From assembly GCA_002719815.1 (NCBI GenBank), contig PBET01000024.1, forward strand, positions 3,393 to 67,392: a DNA stretch of 64,000 bases. Direction: 5' to 3'. A model generated the notes under the pieces. The model worked only from the letters and a program-made list of their open reading frames with translations. It ran no database searches and was not told where the DNA came from. Position numbers and translations under genes: made by a program. This DNA comes from Methanobacteriota archaeon. Its GTDB lineage: Archaea > Thermoplasmatota > Poseidoniia > Poseidoniales > Poseidoniaceae. This document shows positions 39,087 through 47,351 of the stretch, piece by piece; position 1 is the stretch's first letter, and each line of letters starts with the position of its first letter.

Positions 39087-42000
39087 TCATTCTTGATATT
39101 CGGACCAGTCTTCTGCGCCCTCTTCACGGTACCACCATGTTCCGACTTCATCTTCGTACCATTCTGTTCCATACTCATCGACGGAAATGCCATCGTCGTC
39201 CCCAGATGCTTCTTCAACAGCCACCTCGCTCTCTTCAGAAACTTCTTGTTCCACGACGTCGCCAGAATCGTCAACTTCCGAAATCAAGGCATCACCAGGA
39301 CGTTCGATGACTTCAGGCTCGTCTGCGATTGTCTTGTCCTCAAACTCGTCGAGAGGTTTTCCTTCAGGAATTTCGATTGGTTCTTCTTCCTCTTCAATAA
39401 AGTCGTCCTCTTCGTAGAACGACTCATCTTCAAATGCTGCAGATGCTCTTCGATTCAAAACAACGTAGCCAGCGATTGCAAGTAGGACGACAACTGCACC
39501 AATGCCACCGTAAAGAGCCGTGTTAGACGAACTCTTCTCTTCACCGTCCGTGGTTGGTTCTTCGACATACAATGAAGCTGTCCACGTTACAGTATCGTCG
39601 GTGTATTGGTCAACGAGATCATAATCAGGGGAGCTTGTTCGCAGTTGAATTGTAAATTCCTTTTCAACATCAACGTCTTTTTGTCGAGCCCAAAGCGGGT
39701 CCTCGTATTTTGGAACAAAGGCAACGGTTTCAGATTCATTGGCTGCAATGCTTATCGTTCCAGGCGTTTTGAACAACGAAGGAGATGAGGTCACTGAGAC
39801 AACAACGTTGACTGCAAACGGGTTTGGATTTGTGATAACACATTCAATCGAATCATCAGCATTTTGTTGATTGGTCAGAATGATTGAACTTTCACAGCCG
39901 ATAGTTGCCGATTCAATCGATGTCGGAGCCCAGACTTCTTCTGTTTGGTTGTCAGTTTCATTTTCCTGGATTGGAACGGAATAAGCGTTCAATTGCACAC
40001 CTATCATCGTCGTACCAAACATTTCTCGGTTACCAGAATCAACCATGAATTCAATTTTTGTCATGTTTACAAAAGTGGAAACGATACGAATCTTACCACT
40101 GGAAATCGTTTCGTTACCTTCCATAAGAGCATCCTGAGAACTGTCATCGAATGCTTGCCATTGGATCGTCGTACCTTCAAGTGATGCTTGATGTGCTGAA
40201 TTTTGTTCAACTGCACTCAATGTGACGTTGATGTCAATTGCACTGTTTGCATCCATATCGACCGAAGATGGTCCTGCAAGTTGGACTGTAATGCCCGTAC
40301 CCATGGAAGATTGGGCTGTTGCACTTGCGAAAGGTTGCGTGTTTGGAAGTTCAATGCTCTGCATTTCGACCTCGATATCCACTTGACCCTGACTTGTTGC
40401 GGAATAATCGAGTAGTGTTTGTGGGATGAGTACGTCATGCAAATCTTCAACATCGATAGGAGTCCATTGGCCGCTTGAATCTGTTTGTCCATTCAAGACA
40501 AATTCTTCATCCCCATAGGTCATCGTTAACTCGAGGTTAGCGTTTTCGATTGCAATTGGTTGCTGCGCTTCATCGAGATAGTACGCATCAACATGAATGC
40601 TCATTGGACTTGTTGATTCCAGTACCGGGCTTGTTGCTCCGGAAGGACCGGATTCCACAACCACATCCAATTGACTACTAATGTACGAATTGTTGAATGC
40701 TGTCGTTGGACCTGCAAATGGTAACGCTAGCGATGCGTTGTCATACTGATCAATTGCTGCTACAGCAACCCAGTATTGTTGCCCGTCTTGTATCTCCTCT
40801 GAACTGGTGCTTCCTGTAGCATCTGAATACGCACTGGTGTGCGTAATTTCAAGTTCGGTCGTTGATGAAGAGAGGGTCGAAACAGGTTGGTATGTTATCT
40901 CTCCGATAGTGTAGTCCTTCTCGCTGGTCAATTCAGTGGTAATGGCCGTGCCATCCAAATCGGATTGCGCGACATAGACTCTGTACTCTTCAACACCTGC
41001 ATGTGTACTTGCATCCCATGTTACCTTCATTGGTGCTGAGGCTGTCTCAATGTCCAAATCAATGAGTTGTACATTGGTTACTGCTGTAGGAGCTGCGGGG
41101 TATGGAATCGTCACTTCAAGTGATTGCGAAAGGTTGCTGACGACACCAAATGAATGGATAGAACGGACGATATAGCCATAGGTTGAGCCAATATCAACAT
41201 CGGAATCCGAATAGGAATTTTGTCCTATTACAGCATCATGCGGGGATGAGAAATCGTACGAAGAGGTTGATGACATTCGGAAGACTTGGAACTGTTGGAG
41301 ATCGGAACCAAACTCACTAAGAGCCTGCCACTCGATGGTAACGCCATTTTCAGTCAATGTCTGAACGGTTAGAATCGGTGTTGGAGGCAACGCAAGATTC
41401 GGCGCTCCAAGGGTGTAATTCATGCTCAACAAAGTTGCATCAAATTGACCCGCCTTTGTCGTCTCTACAGGTAGGGTAATCGTGAACGATCCCGATCCAG
41501 GGAGCATTTGTTGGTTGAGTGAATTGCTCAATGAACCGATAATCCCGGCACTTGTTTTTACTTGAAATTCAATATCATAAGCAATGTCAAGGTCTGTGAA
41601 ATTCGCTGTTCCATTTGAGTTGCTTGATAGTGACATCATGTTGGTCACCATTTCAATACCATAACCATCCGAGATTCCAGGGTAGGCAGGTAGGAATGGA
41701 GCAATTGTATCTCGGATGGTATTATCCGCATCGGTTATTTTCAGCACACCGAGATGCGAAAGCGTCGTGCTTGCGTAGCCCTCAGCCCACAAATCATCAT
41801 CACCATCAACATCGGTATCAAGTGAAAGATTGTGCCATGCTCCTATGAATACACCTTGAAGCGATTCACCAGCAAGCACGAATTGATCCATTAGGCCGTC
41901 GTGGTTGATATCTGAAAATTGGATGTCTCTCGGGACTGAATAAGGCGTCAATGGAGAATCACTGGGTGATCCAAGGCCGGTTGCAGATATTGAACGGAAT

Positions 42001-43385
42001 CCAATATCGCCTTCGATTGTTGATGGATTTCCGTCTCCAAATTGGGCATTGGGTGTAAAGAGCGATGGGTTTCCATCGTTGTTGTGATCAGCTACAGTAG
42101 CATTCATTGAATCGAGAACATCCAATATTGCTACCTGATTCCACGAGGATTGATTGTTGACAATAATGACCGATTCTGTTTCTTTTGTAGTCAAGAAATC
42201 GATGTCTCCATCGCCATCAAAATCGCCTGCAACCGAATCCAATGTAAGGTTACGGAACTTCTGGATGTTAGCATTCAGTTGCCGGGTTACAGAATCATAC
42301 GTGATCTCTGTAGCATCGTTCCATGCATCGGAGACAATGATGACGTTTTCACTTCGGTCGAAGAAATCCCCGACCCTTAGACTGCGCATGCTTGTTCGCC
42401 CCTGGCCGAAATTCCATCGAAAAACAGGAATGTCGTCATCTTGGCGAACGGCGTCAGTCGAACCATTAAACAACGTCAACGAAACAAGGCCTTGTCCTGA
42501 GTATCCATGAATGGTGATGAAATCTGGATAATTATCGCCGTTCATATCAGCGATTTGAACATCGATTGGACTGCTTGTAATATTGACGCTGAACGATGGA
42601 TCATACGTCATTGTTGTCGAATTGAAATAGTGAATGCACATCATTGCGCTCCCTAACGAAAATGTGACTACGTCATCGTGTGAATCGTTGTTCATGTCTG
42701 CAATTCGCATCTGATCTGAGTTGATACACGTGGATGTCCAGCCAGTCAGATTGTATTGCATTGTTGTTGCATTGCTTTCAACAACAGCAAAACCTGTGTT
42801 TACTCCTGTGGTTGCATTCTGGGTTGAGAAAACAAAAGCATCGGTCATACCATCTGCATTTGAATCTCCGAGCAACATTTGTCGCACAGCACCGACTGCA
42901 ATATACTGGCCATCTATTTCAGGCGTATATGTGATGTTTGCTTGACTGGATTGTAGAGTAGCGTTCTTCGGTAGCAAAATTGGAGAAGGCATGCCCGAAC
43001 TATTGTTCAACTGAATTGTATCATAGATTGAACCTGTTTGAAAGGAATTTTGATGCGCCAAGTCGCCATAACCAATCCCAGAATATGCCCATATCGTGTC
43101 TCCAGTACTGCTGTTTATCCAAACGTTACCGGGTGTATCTGCCGCAGATTGACCCTCAACAACAAAGGAGGCATCTTGGAATGTTACATTTCGTTCAAGA
43201 TCCAATTGCAGTATCGTTGATGTATTATTTCCATCGGATGTAACCGTAATGGATGCTGCTCCTCCTGTGAAGGAATTTACTTGCGTCGTACCACTCGCAA
43301 ATGACTGCGGAACAAAGAGAAGTGGAGCAACAAACAACACCACGAGAAAGAGGGCTTTTTTATTCAATCGAGATTCTTGCATCAT
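39087..43385 (-). CDS. Giant secreted surface protein with FG-GAP/VCBS-like repeats, beta-sandwich repeats, C-terminal TM anchor and acidic cytoplasmic tail
   Basis: Signal peptide; repeats IADMNNDSHDDVVTF, IADMNGDNYPDFIT, AGDFDGDGDIDFLT, SDINHDGLMDQFV; TM LYGGIGAVVVLLAIAGYVVL; tail EEDDFIEEEEEP. Confidence 0.8.
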   Translation of the reverse strand: MMQESRLNKKALFLVVLFVAPLLFVPQSFASGTTQVNSFTGGAASITVTSDGNNTSTILQLDLERNVTFQDASFVVEGQSAADTPGNVWINSSTGDTIWAYSGIGYGDLAHQNSFQTGSIYDTIQLNNSSGMPSPILLPKNATLQSSQANITYTPEIDGQYIAVGAVRQMLLGDSNADGMTDAFVFSTQNATTGVNTGFAVVESNATTMQYNLTGWTSTCINSDQMRIADMNNDSHDDVVTFSLGSAMMCIHYFNSTTMTYDPSFSVNITSSPIDVQIADMNGDNYPDFITIHGYSGQGLVSLTLFNGSTDAVRQDDDIPVFRWNFGQGRTSMRSLRVGDFFDRSENVIIVSDAWNDATEITYDSVTRQLNANIQKFRNLTLDSVAGDFDGDGDIDFLTTKETESVIIVNNQSSWNQVAILDVLDSMNATVADHNNDGNPSLFTPNAQFGDGNPSTIEGDIGFRSISATGLGSPSDSPLTPYSVPRDIQFSDINHDGLMDQFVLAGESLQGVFIGAWHNLSLDTDVDGDDDLWAEGYASTTLSHLGVLKITDADNTIRDTIAPFLPAYPGISDGYGIEMVTNMMSLSSNSNGTANFTDLDIAYDIEFQVKTSAGIIGSLSNSLNQQMLPGSGSFTITLPVETTKAGQFDATLLSMNYTLGAPNLALPPTPILTVQTLTENGVTIEWQALSEFGSDLQQFQVFRMSSTSSYDFSSPHDAVIGQNSYSDSDVDIGSTYGYIVRSIHSFGVVSNLSQSLEVTIPYPAAPTAVTNVQLIDLDIETASAPMKVTWDASTHAGVEEYRVYVAQSDLDGTAITTELTSEKDYTIGEITYQPVSTLSSSTTELEITHTSAYSDATGSTSSEEIQDGQQYWVAVAAIDQYDNASLALPFAGPTTAFNNSYISSQLDVVVESGPSGATSPVLESTSPMSIHVDAYYLDEAQQPIAIENANLELTMTYGDEEFVLNGQTDSSGQWTPIDVEDLHDVLIPQTLLDYSATSQGQVDIEVEMQSIELPNTQPFASATAQSSMGTGITVQLAGPSSVDMDANSAIDINVTLSAVEQNSAHQASLEGTTIQWQAFDDSSQDALMEGNETISSGKIRIVSTFVNMTKIEFMVDSGNREMFGTTMIGVQLNAYSVPIQENETDNQTEEVWAPTSIESATIGCESSIILTNQQNADDSIECVITNPNPFAVNVVVSVTSSPSLFKTPGTISIAANESETVAFVPKYEDPLWARQKDVDVEKEFTIQLRTSSPDYDLVDQYTDDTVTWTASLYVEEPTTDGEEKSSSNTALYGGIGAVVVLLAIAGYVVLNRRASAAFEDESFYEEDDFIEEEEEPIEIPEGKPLDEFEDKTIADEPEVIERPGDALISEVDDSGDVVEQEVSEESEVAVEEASGDDDGISVDEYGTEWYEDEVGTWWYREEGAEDWSEYQE

Positions 43386-43507
43386 GCCACCTTATCGCGG
43401 ACACGACAAACTTCTACTTCAAGTCGATGACTCAAATCGAGAAGATGGCCTCACTTGAAGCAGAGATGCACAAGACGGAATGTTAGGCGCTCATACAAAC
43501 ATTATCA

Positions 43508-44038
43508 ATGAGAGGAATTGTGGATGATACTGATACGATGGTAACACAAGCCAAAATTTTCATCTCTGCTGGTGACTTTGAAATCGACATCAGCGGAGCA
43601 ACTGTTGAAGTTGATGCTCGCTTGATTCAGATGCGCCATGACGATACCTGGTCAATTGTCCTGCAGCGTCTGAGAGACGCTCGGGATGCTGCTATCGACG
43701 CTGCAATTGATGCTGCACGAGAAGTTGGACTCCCAGAACGTGGGTTCGCTTTCCGTTCATTGGTTGACAACTGTTCCTTGGTCAAAAAACCAGATCAAGT
43801 CCTTGCGGCGATTCACTACCTGCGTGATGTAGAACGCATCAATGACAGTCCTCCACGGGTTGTCAATCAACTGTTTACCGATGCAGGAATTGAGCCACCT
43901 GGCAACCTCAGCTTGTACCTAAACAGGCTCAAAGAGCGCGGTCTATTGATGGTACCAATCGAATATGGGGATAAGAACAGATTTTCTCTCCTCACCGATG
44001 CTGGCAGGGCGCACCTTGACAAACAATCAACATCCTGA
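43508..44038 (+). CDS. Hypothetical protein (176 aa), possible C-terminal winged-helix
   Basis: ORF followed 8 nt later by pentapeptide-repeat gene; no family recognised. Confidence 0.5.
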   Translation: MRGIVDDTDTMVTQAKIFISAGDFEIDISGATVEVDARLIQMRHDDTWSIVLQRLRDARDAAIDAAIDAAREVGLPERGFAFRSLVDNCSLVKKPDQVLAAIHYLRDVERINDSPPRVVNQLFTDAGIEPPGNLSLYLNRLKERGLLMVPIEYGDKNRFSLLTDAGRAHLDKQSTS

Positions 44039-44045
44039 GTGAATT

Positions 44046-44504
44046 ATGGTAATGTCTGGAGGAGGGGAGGGCGACCCCCGAGACGACCCCGATGAGTCAA
44101 AGACAGAACTCATCGATTGTTCCTACCAAAACCATGCGAAAGCCATCTTCAGGAAAGGGCGCCATCGTGGGTCAACCTTTCGAAGAGCCATTCTGGATGG
44201 TGCCGATCTCACAGAAGGAGACTTTTCTGAGTGCGACTTTCGGAGAGCTTCGATGGTTGAAGCCGATTTAATGAAATCAGCATTCGATGGTGCTGATTTT
44301 CGAGGAGCTGACCTCAGAAAAGCCCGATGCAATCTCTCAAATTTTCGGAATTGCAAATTGGAAGGAGCTGATTTACGCGGCATTCGTGGGAAATATGCTA
44401 TTTGGCAAGGAAGCGATTGGTGGAATGCGATTCTAAACGACGACCTTGCCAAGGCTTTGGCGAAAAAATGGCCCCGTCCAACAGATCATTCAGACTCATC
44501 CTGA
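44046..44504 (+). CDS. Pentapeptide-repeat protein
   Basis: Runs of A(D/N)L..A.F... pentapeptides (ADLTEGDFSECDFRRASMVEADLMKSAFDGADFRGADLRKARCNLSNFRNCKLEGADLRG). Confidence 0.7.
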   Translation: MVMSGGGEGDPRDDPDESKTELIDCSYQNHAKAIFRKGRHRGSTFRRAILDGADLTEGDFSECDFRRASMVEADLMKSAFDGADFRGADLRKARCNLSNFRNCKLEGADLRGIRGKYAIWQGSDWWNAILNDDLAKALAKKWPRPTDHSDSS

Positions 44505-45055
44505 ACAAGAACAACCTTGTTCGCCTCTTGAAACGCCAAACGGGCACGAGCGTTGATGAGCGGAAGAAGCGCCAACGCTGCAAAAAAGAACGTGCAGATT
44601 CCGCAAGTATATCCAAAATACTCAGCAGTATCTTGTATCGTTCCATTCAGATGCTTCTGTGCCGCATCATGAAAGACCATATTTCCTACAATACCCCCAA
44701 AGAAAGAAATAAGCGCTCCAGAAAGTGCAATTTTACTTCCAACTGGTTTCATTCGAAAGAGAAGTATGCCGCCAACAAATCCAGCCGCACTACCAAGACC
44801 TAAGGACACGCCACGAATGAGGTAGCCATTGTTCTCGTTCACTTCCTTGTGATACGATTGATAGGCATCGAAGGATATGTTGTCACCTTGTTGGTTCGGA
44901 GTTTCAAGAATCTCGGCCATGAATTCATCTGAGACCTCTTCTTGATTTGCAAGATCGAGGTCAGCTTTTGCGACAAGTGCAAAGAAAACTGAACAAACGA
45001 TCAAGAGAATTGCAACTGTCTTTGGACCTTTGTGGTCGGGACGAATCGCAAACAT
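44486..45055 (-). CDS. Membrane protein (3-4 TM), unknown function
   Basis: Start trimmed to ATG 45055 to avoid overlap with thioesterase gene; low certainty. Confidence 0.45.
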   Translation of the reverse strand: MFAIRPDHKGPKTVAILLIVCSVFFALVAKADLDLANQEEVSDEFMAEILETPNQQGDNISFDAYQSYHKEVNENNGYLIRGVSLGLGSAAGFVGGILLFRMKPVGSKIALSGALISFFGGIVGNMVFHDAAQKHLNGTIQDTAEYFGYTCGICTFFFAALALLPLINARARLAFQEANKVVLVQDESE

Positions 45056-45071
45056 ATCGGCATCCGTTCCG

Positions 45072-45503
45072 TCATTCATTCGCTTCATCTCTCCCGCATG
45101 ATTCGAGTCCATCTCGTAGGTGGCCCGGTATTGGCATTCGTTGCATTGAATCCATATTGACACATACAGTGACGTGTGTTGATGTCCAAAGCAATTCGTC
45201 GCGTTGATTTCGGAATTCATAACGCCATGTGCACGAGGATCCTCCTACGTTCTCAATCCAAATGGTTGCAGTAATCGTATCTCCATAACGTAACGGCGCA
45301 TGGAAGTCTGCTTCAACGTGGACGACTGGAAACCCAATCTTTTGTTCAAGCAGTAGATCTGCATATCGAACACCGCATATACTAACCCAAGAATCCTCAA
45401 AAAAACGATGTGCAAGATCAAAGATTCGGGGATAATAGGCAATATTTGCAAGGTCGACCATTGGGAAATCAACCCCTCGCTCAAGGTGAACTGCCATATC
45501 CAT
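45072..45503 (-). CDS. Hotdog-fold acyl-CoA thioesterase (4HBT/YbgC-like)
   Basis: VDLANIAYYPRIFDLAHRFFED... typical 4HBT N-terminus and size. Confidence 0.7.
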   Translation of the reverse strand: MDMAVHLERGVDFPMVDLANIAYYPRIFDLAHRFFEDSWVSICGVRYADLLLEQKIGFPVVHVEADFHAPLRYGDTITATIWIENVGGSSCTWRYEFRNQRDELLWTSTHVTVCVNMDSMQRMPIPGHLRDGLESCGRDEANE

Positions 45504-45559
45504 TCCAAGGCTATCCGCATGATGAACTCTTGTACAGGCTTGCACATGAAGTTCCGTTG

Positions 45560-45571
45560 TGCTTATATCAA
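45560..45571 (+). promoter_or_regulatory. TATA-box-like CTTATATCA about 28-33 nt upstream of tRNA-Arg 5' end
   Basis: Read in sequence; spacing consistent with archaeal tRNA promoters. Confidence 0.4.
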
Positions 45572-45595
45572 GTCGTCAGGTGGAACGAATACCCC

Positions 45596-45672
45596 GGCCC
45601 CTTGGGGTAGTTTGGATATCCTTCGACCCTGCGGAGGTTGAGACCCGTGTTCGAATCGCGGAGGGGCCGCCA
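45596..45672 (+). tRNA. tRNA-Arg (anticodon GCG), 77 nt with encoded CCA
   Basis: Manual cloverleaf: acceptor GGCCCCT/AGGGGCC (7 bp), U8, D-loop AGTTTGGATA with GG, anticodon stem CGACC/GGTTG, loop C-T-GCG-G-A (U33, G37), 4-nt variable loop, T-arm CCGTG-TTCGAAT-CGCGG, discriminator G, CCA. Confidence 0.8.
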
Positions 45673-45674
45673 AC

Positions 45675-46571
45675 TCAAGATGTTGCTCGCTCTGCGGCGT
45701 CAGCCTCAAGTCGCTTTGCAACTGGTGCGTGGTGCTTGGCAACCTGTCGCATGAAGTATTCATCAGAAGCATACATCTCATCTTGGATAAGAACACGCGG
45801 GGAGTCTGAAAGCAATTCAACCAAGCTCAAGACATCGTCGTAATGGTAGCAATATTCGAACTGAGATGAATCTTGCACAACCTTCGTCCACTTTCGTTGA
45901 TTCTTTTTCTTGAAGTAAATGGTAAATCCATCAACCAATGGATTGGCGTCCGTTACTCGCCACTTCCATCCATCTGTTCCCTTGACTTCAACGGCGGCTT
46001 CTTCGGGCTTGAATTTAGCAGCGGTTGTGGATTCGATCCATGTCTTCATCGCTTTGGAAGCTGGACTTTCATTCAATCCATAGAGAAGGAGCATGGCTCT
46101 TCGCAGAGGACCATGTGCGGGGTGTTGGATAAATTTGTCATCGTTCAGCAGCATCAAGAAATACGAGTCGAGAATGTCACAGCCTGGCAGGTCTGCCACG
46201 TTCTTGTAGTCAGGTTGAATGCAAACAGATGTCTCTTTCCCCTTCGTTTCCCCTTTTCGGGTTGTTTTTGTTGTCTGTAGGCCACTTCCTCCTGCAAATG
46301 GGTTCTTCAATCGAGAAAGAATCGATTCAAGAGGAATGGTATACGTAGCAAGATTACCGAGAATAACGATGTTTTCCGCATCAAAGAGAATCCTATCTGG
46401 ATTTTTGTTGATGGTTTTCATCAGATAATCGAACGATGTGTGCATTGCTTCGAAACTATCGTTGATTTGTCCTTGAAATTGCTCAAGCTTCTTTGTTTGG
46501 TATTCTGCCGAGGGCGAGGGGTACTCGATTTCTTCTTCAGCCATTTGAAATGTCTCGTCGTCCATGAACAT
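45675..46571 (-). CDS. Hypothetical protein (298 aa), acidic N-terminus
   Basis: Long ORF abutting tRNA 3' end on opposite strand; no family recognised. Confidence 0.55.
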   Translation of the reverse strand: MFMDDETFQMAEEEIEYPSPSAEYQTKKLEQFQGQINDSFEAMHTSFDYLMKTINKNPDRILFDAENIVILGNLATYTIPLESILSRLKNPFAGGSGLQTTKTTRKGETKGKETSVCIQPDYKNVADLPGCDILDSYFLMLLNDDKFIQHPAHGPLRRAMLLLYGLNESPASKAMKTWIESTTAAKFKPEEAAVEVKGTDGWKWRVTDANPLVDGFTIYFKKKNQRKWTKVVQDSSQFEYCYHYDDVLSLVELLSDSPRVLIQDEMYASDEYFMRQVAKHHAPVAKRLEADAAERATS

Positions 46572-46595
46572 CTCTCAATTCGAGAGTATTTGAAC

Positions 46596-47267
46596 TCAAG
46601 ATGGCCAATGGACAATTTCCCACTCTTGTTCCTCTGCAAATTTTTGCAATGGTCCTTCTGGATTGACAGCAATCGCATGGCCACATATTCGCATAAACCA
46701 CGAGTCAGCAAGCGTGTTTCCATAGCCATAACACTTGGACAAATCATGCCTATTAATCTCAGCATCCTTTTCCACAACAGGCACCTTTCCTTTTCGCCGT
46801 GGAACAGACCATCCTCGTTCAGATCCTGACAACCAACCTGAACGTGTTTCAGGCCCACACCCATAGACAGCATCCATGCCAAGAACGCGTGCCATGGCCT
46901 CAGCCATTGGTGCGACCGTCGCCGTCACCAGCACCAAACGATGGTCTTGGTTTCGATGCCATTCCAATCGATCCCACGCTCCTTGAGAGATTTTTGCTTT
47001 GAGCATCGATGTTGCGATTTCATCCGAATATTGCTCAAGTATGCGCCAGGACGCAAGCGAAAGGTGGCCGCGGTTTCGTAGAGCATCGTAAGGTGCCTTT
47101 CCTGTGAGAAGGCCAAACGTAGCTCCAAGGACCCATGCAACTGTTGCATGCGGAATTCTCCACGGACGTCGCTTGGCGAGAACACCCGTCAGTGTCTTCT
47201 CACTGGAAGCGTTGAGCAATGTACCATCGAGGTCGAAATATGCGGCTACTTCACTACCCTCGCCCAT
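46596..47267 (-). CDS. HAD-superfamily hydrolase (subfamily IB-like)
   Basis: Motif I YFDLDGTLL near N-terminus; start at ATG 47267. Confidence 0.75.
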   Translation of the reverse strand: MGEGSEVAAYFDLDGTLLNASSEKTLTGVLAKRRPWRIPHATVAWVLGATFGLLTGKAPYDALRNRGHLSLASWRILEQYSDEIATSMLKAKISQGAWDRLEWHRNQDHRLVLVTATVAPMAEAMARVLGMDAVYGCGPETRSGWLSGSERGWSVPRRKGKVPVVEKDAEINRHDLSKCYGYGNTLADSWFMRICGHAIAVNPEGPLQKFAEEQEWEIVHWPS

Positions 47268-47351
47268 GGTTTGTGCACTTGAAATCAATTCAAGAGGTCG
47301 TCGGTTCAAATCCACCGAATCTTGAAAACAATCGGTACTAAGGGCTTAACC

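Noticed and set aside
47303-47313. tRNA T-arm-like GGTTCAAATCC in the HAD/MFS intergenic region
   Set aside because: Flanking stems do not pair (GTCGG vs CCACC), and no acceptor or anticodon arms can be built on either strand. Likely chance occurrence; a degraded tRNA 3' remnant cannot be excluded.
43386-47351. Possible integrated mobile element flanking tRNA-Arg
   Set aside because: No integrase, transposase or recombinase motifs (R..HxxR..Y) in adjacent ORFs, and no direct repeat of the tRNA 3' end was found in the window.
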